Positions 50,501 through 60,900 of a stretch of DNA of 64,000 bases are shown here, in pieces. Position 1 is the stretch's first letter. Every line of letters starts with the position of its first letter. The DNA lies in assembly GCA_951406725.2 (NCBI GenBank), contig OX597821.1, positions 99,324,001-99,388,000 of the forward strand. Direction: 5' to 3'. This stretch comes from Octopus vulgaris. Taxonomy: Eukaryota. Under the pieces are notes generated by a model that saw only the letters and a program-made list of their open reading frames with translations, did not search any database and had not been told where the DNA came from. The position numbers and the translations under genes are program-made.

Positions 50501-53500
50501 ACATTGTAGGGTAGGTGTGAGAGGCCAGATCTGGCTGGACTTGAACATAAGACAAGTAAACTATTTGAACAATTTAAACTATTTGGCCAGTTAGGAAGGG
50601 CATCCAGCTGTAGAAACACTGCCAGATCAGACTGGGCCTGGCGCAGCCTTCTTGCTTCCCAGACCCCAGTTGAACCGTCCAACCCATGCTAGCATGGAAA
50701 ACGGACGTTAAACGATGATGATGATGATGATGATGAGGTTAAGCAAATTTCTATTTTATCTCAGTTTGTTTTGTTAAATATTAATAAAACTAGCTGTTGC
50801 CCCTATGTCACTTAATTGATTGATATTATAAAACTATCTATAAATAATGTCTACTTCAACATTTTCTTATGTCTGGACTAAATGAAATATTTCACTGATT
50901 CTAGCATTGAGTGTAGATGTGACAATCATTAAAAAAACATTTATCGGGTGCAGGCATGATGTGTTGGTAAGAAGCTTCTTTTGAAATAGCATGGTTTTGG
51001 TTTCAGTCCCATTACATGGCACCTTGGGCAAATATCTACTCCATCCCTGGACTGTCCAATGCCTTGTGAGTGAATCTGGTAGAGAGAAACTGTGGAAGCT
51101 TATATATAAGTACTGGGGTCGATTTGTTCTAAACTCTTCCAGGTGGTGCCCCAGCATGGCTGCATGTCATTGACTGGAACAAGTAAAACACAAAGAAGAC
51201 TATGATTCTTCATGTCTATTTCTCCATGTTAACATCAGTTTGAATGGATTTGTCTAACATATCCTTTAGGATTTCCTGTAATAAATTTTTCACTTTCCCT
51301 TGTCTGTCCATGGCATGGATACTTTCCTCTCTCAGCATACAACACTTTTACAACTATTTGTATTAGAATCTCTACTTTACATTGATTGGCATTTTTAAAG
51401 ATGTTGCTGCTCTCTAAGCTCACTTGTGCCTTGTCTTTTACAAAAATTAATATGGTACATTCAATGAATCCTCTTCAGCACATTTCTGTTTAGTGTGGCT
51501 GTGAGGTACAGTCATGGCTGTGGTTAAGAAGCTTGCCTCCCAACCATGTCATTTTGGGCTCGGTCCCACCATGTCGCACCTTGAGTAAGTGTTTTCTACT
51601 ATGACCCTGGACCAACCAAAGCCTTTGAGTTGAGTTGGTAGACAGAAACTAAAAGAAGCCCATTATATACATGTCTTTGTACATGTAATATATTTATTCT
51701 TTTGTCTTTTGACTGAGGCCATGCTGGAGCACTGCCTTTAGTCAAACAAATCAACTCTAGCACTTGTTCTTTGTAAGCCTAGTACTTATTCTATCATTCC
51801 CTTTTGCTGAACTGCTAAGTTATGGGGGACGTAAACACACCAACATCAGTTGTCAAGCGATGGTGGGGAGACAAACACAGACACACGCACAAATATATAC
51901 ATACATACATATATATAAATATATATATATGTATATATACGATGGGCTTCTTTCAGTTTCCATCTACCAAATTCACTCACTCTGGTCGGCCCAAGGCTAT
52001 AGTAGAAGACGCTTGCCCAAGGTTCCATGCAGTGAGATATATATGCCATAAAATATGGTATCTACTATATCTAGCAAATCATCTCAGTGGTGTATGGGCT
52101 ATGTTTCATGAGTTTGTGTGCTACTAATTAATTTAGTACATCTGTCAAATTTAAATCTTGTTAATCTGCTAGAAGTTACTCTGCATCTTTCATGTACAAT
52201 GATTATACTAAGTGCATAGTATTTTGCAGTTATTTCTAGTATTTTTGTGCAAATTCACTTTGCAGATGGTATTAGTAATTGAGCTCTTTTACTGATTAGA
52301 ACTATAATCTTTGTCTTGTGACTTTCAGACTTTTGGAGCTATCAGTCTTAATCTTCTTCGTGCCTCCTTCATACATAGTTGAATGATTCTTGCAAACAAT
52401 TTAACTACATATAGTGCCTATGGTATTCATTATATTACAGACTGTGAGATCAGGTGAACAGCCTTCTCTAGGTTGACAAGTACAAATATAGAGTTGTTTG
52501 ATCTTTTGCTAAGAATTCTTCTTATAACTTTCTTATCAGAAGTATGGCATTTGTAGTTCCATGGTCTGATGCAAACCCTAACTCTGTCTTGTACCAAGTT
52601 TACTAAAACTTAATTACTTTGAAGATTAAATCTACAAGTGGATATGTGGCTGTGTGGTAAGAAGATTGCTCCCCAACCACATGGTTCTGGGTTCAGACCC
52701 ACTGTATGGCACCTTGGGTGAGCATTTTTCTACTATAGCCCCAGGCCAACAAAGGCCTTGTGAGTGAATTTGGTAGAGAGAAACTGAAAGAAGCCTGTTG
52801 TATGTGTTTGTGTGTGTGCGTCTGTGTGTTTGTGTGTGTGCGTCTGTGTGTTTGTGCCCGACCACTAACAATTGGTGTTGGTTTGTTTACGTCCCCGTAA
52901 CTTGGCAGGTTGACAAAAGGACATGGTAGAATAAGTACTACACTTAACAAAAAGTACTTGGGGTTGATTTAGTCAACTAAACCCTCCAATATGGTACTTA
53001 CTTGTACTTGTGGCGACATTCACCCTGGGTGGGTTGAGTCGGCTTCTTCTACCACCCTCGAGGCATCTCGAACCATGGCAGCCCACACACGATGGTCCTG
53101 CGCCAGTTCACTGGAGATAGCGAGCCAGTCACGGTTCCATCGGTGCAGGCCGACCACCTGCGGACCCGTGAGGACGGAGAAGTCCTCCTTGATCGTCATA
53201 GCCCAGGTCTTCAGCTACCCGCCCGTGCGTTTCCGCCAGTTGGGAAGTGGAGTTGGGAGAAGGAAATCACGACTCAGTTCACCCACCAGACGCCTACATG
53301 CATGGCCAAGCCACCGCAAGCGCCGTTGCAGAAGGATAGATGGAAGGGGCCACAGGGATAGGCGAATGTGATGCCCCAGCATGGCCGCACTCTAATGACC
53401 GACACAAGTAAAAGATAAAAATAAATGATATTATTTTAAGGGCTTCTGTGATTCCTTTTCCCATTGAACCTTTTTCTCTTTGCAGAGCAGTTCACAATGA

Positions 53501-55699
53501 TACTGTTACTGTAGGTAATCTACATTGTTTTCAATAAGTGTCTGCATAGCCTGGTGTTTTTTATAAATTTCTTTTAGTTAATCCCATTGAAACTGATCTC
53601 AGTATTTGACCCAAAATATTTTCTGAATCATTATTACTGAGTGCTGTATACTTAAAAGTGAGCTCTTGTTGAGTGAAGTTTATGACCTAGTTTATATATC
53701 AAGTGTCTCATTTCATTTGTATTGTCAATGCACTTCTAAAAACAAGTAGAAACTACAATTCTTGATGCTTTCATTTGTGTCTAGATACTTTAAGCTTCGT
53801 TGTTTAACTGTAGTGAGAAAGTTCAGTCATATATTTTACCAGAGATGCTATGATAGAAACTTAATAATCTGTATATTGGAACAGATATGATTATTTTTAA
53901 AAATAAAATCCTCATATGCAGACAAAAAGCAAGTCTTCAGCCAGGTTGTAGATGAAAAAGACTTCAAAGTTGTAAAAAAGAAATAAGTGAGTTGATAATA
54001 GAATGTGTTTGTGTGTGTGTGTGATCATCATCATCATCATCATCGTTTAACATCTGCTTTCCATGCTATCATGGGTTGGACGGTTTGACTGGGGTCTAGG
54101 AAACCAGGAGGCTGCACCAGGCTCCAGTCTGATCTGGCAGTGTTTCTATAGCTAGACGCCCTTCCTAACGCCAACCACTCTGTGAGTGTAGTGGGTGCTT
54201 TTATGTGCCACCAGCACAGGGGCCAGAGGAGGCTGGCAATGGCCACGATCGGATGGAGCTTTTTACGTGCCACCGGCACGGCATTAAAATCATTTCCACA
54301 ATGACACATCAGTCTTAGACAAAAAAATAACGATTTTTATCATTGCAAGTGTGGCTGTGTAGTAAGAAGTTTGCTTCCCAACCACGTGGTTCTAGGTTCA
54401 GTCCCACTGTGTGGTGTCTTGGGCAAGTATTTTCTGCTGGAGCCTTGGGCTGACCAAAACCCTGTGAGTGGATTTGGTAGACAGAAACTGAAAGAAGTCC
54501 ATCCTATATCATCATCATATGTATATATCTCTATCTATGAGTGTGTCTTTGTCTGTCCCCCACCATCACTTGGCAACCAGTGTTGGTGTGTTTGCATTCC
54601 CGTAACTTAGTGGTTCAGCAAAAGTGACCAATAGAATAATTACCAGGGTGGAATTACAAAAAAAAATAAGTACATGGGTTGATTCATTCAGCTAATATTC
54701 TTCAGATTGGTGTCCCAGCATGGCCGCTGAGGCTATAATTAGAAGACACCCAAGGTGCCATATAGTGGGACTGAACCCAGAACCATGTGGTTGGGAAGCA
54801 AGCATTTTACTACACAGGCACACCTGTGCCTATGATAATGGTATTCATATAATTACCTTCCGGAATGTTTTGTTTACTTACTTACTTTCACCATAAAAGT
54901 CATTATCGTATTCTTCATTTATATTCATCCTTACATACTGACAGGGAATAGATGTATCTCTTCTAGTATAGTATCTTACTATTTTTACAGTCCTTCATCA
55001 TCTGATATACTTGTATTTGTTTGGTTTTTTTCACTAGAGTGCAGCTCGGAAACGAAAATTCCAGGTCATGGTAACTGAAGGAGCACCATTTTTCCACGTA
55101 AGTTGTTTATGATTTCTAGCATTAGTGTTTAATTATTCAGTCATACACTGTATCATAACTAATTTACACTCTGACATTTTAAATCATTATCAGTATAACA
55201 GTATAGTGTTTAGTGAACTTTTTATAAAATATTTCTTGTAGGATTGTCATTTTTATTTTCTGAAGATTTCCTAATGAAATTTTTAATTTTTTTAATTTTT
55301 TATTTTAAATTTTCAACAGGGTCAGAAAATGGCCAAGAGTTTGGCTGCCAGCAACATAGAAACTACATTGATCACTGATTCTGCTGTGTTTGCTATGATG
55401 TCTCGGGTGAACAAAGTAATTATTGGAACTCATACAGTATTAGCAAATGGAGGGTTAGTATACACTGTTCTTTCTCTCTCTCTTACTTTTTCCTTCATAA
55501 TGTTTACAGTGGAGTCATGAGTAAAAGGCAGACTGTATGACACATGTGTACAAACAGCCATGCTCCATGGCAGTGAAACATGGGCTGTGACTGCTGAGGA
55601 CATGCATAAACTTGCAAGGATTGAAGCTAGTATGTTCCGACGCATGTGTAATGTCAACGTGCATACTTGACAGAGTGTAAGTACCTTGAGAGAAAAGTA

Positions 55700-55735
<36 letters not shown>

Positions 55736-57425
55736 TTTGGTGGCATGTAGCACCATCCGTTCGTGGCCGTTGCCAGCCTCGCCTGACCCCCGTGCCGGTG
55801 ACACGTAAAAGCACCATCCGTTCGTGGCCGTTTGCCAGCTCTGTCTGGCACCTGTGCAGGTGGCACGTAAAAAACACCCACTACACTAGCGGAGTGGTTG
55901 GCGTTAGGAAGGGCATCCAGCCGTAGAAACACTGCCAGATCTGACTGGGCCTGACGAATCCTTCCAGCTTCACAGACCCCAGTTGACCCGTCCAACCCAT
56001 GCTAGCATGGAAAGCGGACGCTAAATGATGATGATGATGATATATATATATATATAAATAATGTGTATGTCTGTGTTTGTCTCCACAAAATCGCTTGACA
56101 ACTGATGCTGGTGTGTCTATGTCCCTGTAACTTAGTGGTTCGGCAAAAGAATAAGTACTGGGGTTGATTTGCTCGACTAAAGGCGGTGCTCCAGCATGGC
56201 CACAATCAAGTAACTGAAATAAATAAAAGAATGTACATATCATTGTTCATTTAATGTCTGATTTTTGCATGCTATCATGGGTTTGGATGGGGAGTTATTT
56301 GAGGCAGGATTATATGGCTGGATGCTATTCCTGTTGCCAATACTGACCAGTTTTCAGGTAAGTTCAGAGCAACCAAGTTGTTCTATAAAACAGGGAATTC
56401 TTTTACATTTTACTTGTTTCGGTCATTGGACTGTGGCCATGCTGGGGCACCGCTTTGAAGAATTTTAGTTGAATGAATTTGACCCCAGCACTTATGTATA
56501 TATTTTTAAGCCTGGTACTTCTTCTGTTGGTCCTTTTTGTCAACCTGCTAAGTTATGGGCATGTAAACATATCAACATTGGTTCTCAAGTGATAGTGGAA
56601 GACAAACACAAGCATCAAGACACCCATTAATTTATACATACATACATGCATGCAAGCACACACACACACAGTGGGTTTCTGTTGGTTACCGTCTACATTG
56701 TTCATTTAATGCATTTTTGCAGCTATCATGGATTTGGATGGGGAGTTATTTGAGGCAGGATTTTATGGCCGAATGCTATTCTTGTTGTCAATACTGACCA
56801 GCAACCAGTTATACTGTCAGCAAGAAATGTTAACATCAACACATGCACACACACACACACATACATGCACTCATATCAACATAAACACACATACACATAC
56901 ACACACACATGCACTCACACACCTGATGGACTTCTTTCAATTTCCATTGACTAAATCCACTCACAAGGCTTTGGTCTGCTTGAAGCTATAGTCGAAGGCA
57001 CTTGCCCAGAGTGTCATGCAGTGGAATTGAACCCAAAACCCTGTGGTTGGGAAGCAAGTTTTTTTAACCATATAGTCATACTTGCACTATAATACTGAAA
57101 TGAAAGTAAATGTAAAAGTTATTTTATTAAATGCAGCCGTTTCTTGATTGTTTATCCAGAATTAATGGAGCCGAGCATATAGCTTGTTTAATTAGAAATG
57201 TAACAAAAGAGTTATCGTCATCACTTTGCCAAGCTTACATGGATTATAAAGAATTCATTGAGGCAGATTTTTTCCTATGGCCAAGTACGTGTATATATAT
57301 AAAAACTTACTTGGAGAAGAGAAATAACGCGTGCGTTCGGTCATATAATAATATAATAAATAAATAAAATATATGCATATATACATACATGTATGTACAT
57401 ACTTACATCTACATGTATATATATA

Positions 57426-57465
<40 letters not shown>

Positions 57466-57886
57466 TACAGTTGAAGCTTCGTGCTTCAACAAGTATAGAT
57501 CGACTTCTGTCCTTCGTAAGCCGATTTTTCACATGCGTTCTCACTAATTTTTCCACCGTCTAGGCAAAAAAAGCCCTTATTGTTGGTTCCCTGTCCTGTT
57601 TCTTTATTTGTACTGTTTTTTCTTCATTTGTCTTGTCACTTGTTTTACCCCTCTGCAAAAGAATTTTATTTAATTCCTTTTGCAGGAAGGACTGTTTCGG
57701 CCGTGTTCTGTTCTTACCTTCGAAACACACTTTGAGTCGAACCAGGGGCAGCTGATAAAGGGGAATTTTCCTTGTATTGTTTGTCCTGTACTCTGCTTTT
57801 TCGTTGTTAAAAAAAAGTCTGTTTCCTTGTTTGATTTTGTGTTTTCGTCTCTCGTTGTGTTCAACGTTTATTTGTGGTGTCCTGTA

Positions 57887-57934
<48 letters not shown>

Positions 57935-60900
57935 TGTAGATGTATATATGTATGTATATATGCATATATTTTATTTATTTATTTTATATATATATATATA
58001 TATGTATGTAGCAGGCTTCTACCAAAGCCCTGGTTGATCTAGGGGTTTAGTAGTAGAAGACTCTTGGTGAAGGTACCAAGTAGTGGAACTGAACCTAAAA
58101 TCACATGTTTAGGGAGCAAACTTCTTTACCACACAGCCATGCCAGCACCTATTAACAATCCTGAAATTTTGAACTTTAATAGCAATAATTTATCTCAGGC
58201 TGTGAGTCATAACATTGTGCTATTTCTATTGTAGGCTGAAAGCAGTTCAAGGAAGTCACAGTATTGCTCTAGCTGCCAAGTATCATTCTGTACCGGTGAG
58301 TGATATATTTATTCTTACCTTAAATTTAGACTGAAACATGAAGATGACACTCTACAAGTTTGTTGAGATACTGAGTAACAAAACTATGTTAATGCCGTAT
58401 GGTATATAAATTAGCTGTTTTAATACCAATCTGTATGAGACTGTCCCTGGTTCTTTGGTAAATACTTCCAGTTTCAAAGTGACCTAAATTAACACTTTTG
58501 ATACCAACCTGCCTGTGACAAAGTTGTTTTACTAAATTTTGTGTTATTTCCAAACTTAGTTGAAACAAAGACAGTGTATTTCAACAGAAATATGGAACAA
58601 AATGGTTTACCAATTTTATTGATGAGCTAGGTATATTAAATTTCTTCCCATCTGTCTATACCTATTCATTTGTATATATGCATGTATGTTTGTATATGTA
58701 TATATGCTTGTATGGCAGTAAGGGTTGTTTATAATTATCTCATGATGTGACGATAAGGAGTCCACACACACCCCGTATATATATATATATAAAAGGCCTC
58801 TCGCACAGAGTGAAAGGCAGACTGTATGATGCGTGTGTACGAACAGCCATGCTACATGGCAGTGAAACATGGGCCGTGACTGCTGAGGATATGCGTAAGC
58901 TCGCAAGAAATGAAGCCAGTATGCTCCGATGGATGTGTAATGTCAGTACTCATACTCGGCAGAGTGTAAGTACCTTGAGAGAAAAGCTGGACCTAAGAAG
59001 CATCAGTTGTGGTGTGCAAGAGAGACGTTTGCGCTGGTATGGTCATGTGGCGAGAATGGATGAAGATAGTTGTGTGAAAAAGTGCCACACCCTAGCGGTT
59101 GAGGGAACCTGTGGAAGAGGCAGACCCAGGAAAACCTGGGACGAGGTGGTGAAGCACGACCTTCGAACTTTAGGTCTCACTGAGGAAATGACTAGAGACC
59201 GAGACCTCTGGAAGTGTGCTGTGCGCGAGAAGACCCGGCAGGACAAGTGAGTCCATAACCCGTGGCCTTCTACATGGGATGGAGCCAGCCTACGTATGCA
59301 TACCTTCCCTTCTTGGGACACAAAACTCTACTTGTGAAGACCTGTTGAGGCAAGTGAGGATCAGAATCGAAATCGATCAATGGAAATTGCGGATGTGTTA
59401 CCTGTGCCGGTGGCATGTCGTGCCGGTGGCATGTCGAAACTCTACTTGTGAAGACCCGTTGAGGCAAGTGAGGATCAGAATCGAAATCGATCAATGGAAA
59501 TTGCAGATGTGTTACCAGTGCCGGTGGCATGTAAGAGAACCTTCCGTTTTGCGACCGTTGCCAGCACCGCCCCGTTTCGTGTCCGTTGCCAGCCTCGCCT
59601 GGCACATAAAAAGCACCATCCGTTCGTGGCCGTTTGCCAGCTCTGTCTGGCACCTGTGCGGGTGGCACGTGAAAAGCACCCACTACACTCACGGAGTGGT
59701 TGGCGTTAGGAAGGGCATCCAGCCGTAGAAACACTGCCAGATTTGACTGGGCCTGATGAAGCCTTCTGGCTTCACAGACCCCAGTTGACCCGTCCAACCC
59801 ATGCTAGCATGGAAAGCGGACGCTAAACGATGATGATGATGATATATATGGGAGTTAGTGTGTGTGGTCTCCTTTTCTTCACATCATGAGATAGTTATAA
59901 ATGGTTTCACAACCATACAAGCATATATATCATCATCATCATCATCGTTTAGCATCCGTTTTCCATGCTAGCATGGGTTGGACGGTTCAGTTGGGGTCTG
60001 TGAAGCCAGAAGGCTGCATCAGGCCCAGTCTGATCTGGCAGTGTTTCTACAGCTGGATGCCCTTCCTAACGCCAACCACTCCATGAGTGTAGAGGGTGCT
60101 ACGTGCCACCCGCACAGGTGCCAGATGGAGCTGGCAAACGGCCACGGACGGATGGTGCTTTTTACGTGCCACCAGCACGAGGCCAGTCGGGGCGGCGCTG
60201 GCAACGGTCACAAACGGATGGTTCTCTTACGTATAGGAGAAATATGTTACGAAAAGAAAATATAAAATACACGTGGAAATGTAAGGGTAAAATATGAAAA
60301 ATCAACGAAAATGCTTATTGCAAATAGAAAAAGGCTATTTATGACAGGTAGCGACAAATATACACGTTTAGATTGACTGGGGTAGTAATATGAGTCATAA
60401 AGATCATTATTATGAGATGATTGTAAGATGGTAATAAAGTAAGAGAACAAAACGAACCAATGTATATATATATATAAAATATGCATGTACTCATTTACTC
60501 ATTTGACTGTGGCCATGCTGGAGCACTGCCTTTAGTCGAGCAAATCGACCCCAGGACTTATTCTTTGTAAGCCTAGTACTTATTCTATCAGTCTCTTTTG
60601 CCAAACCGCTATGTTACAGGGACGTAAACACACCAGCATCAGTTGTCAAGCGATGTTGGTGGGGGACAAACACAGGCACGCAAACATACACACACATGCA
60701 CACATACATATATATGACGGGCTTCTTTTAGTTTCTGTCTACCAAATCCACTCACAAGGCTTTGGTCGGCCTGAGGCTATAGTAGAAGACACTTGCCCAA
60801 GGTACCACGCAGTGGGACTGAACCCAAAGCCATGTGGTTGGTAAGCAAGCTACTTACCACACAGCCACTCGATCAGCTTCTTTCAGTTTCTCTTAGCCAA

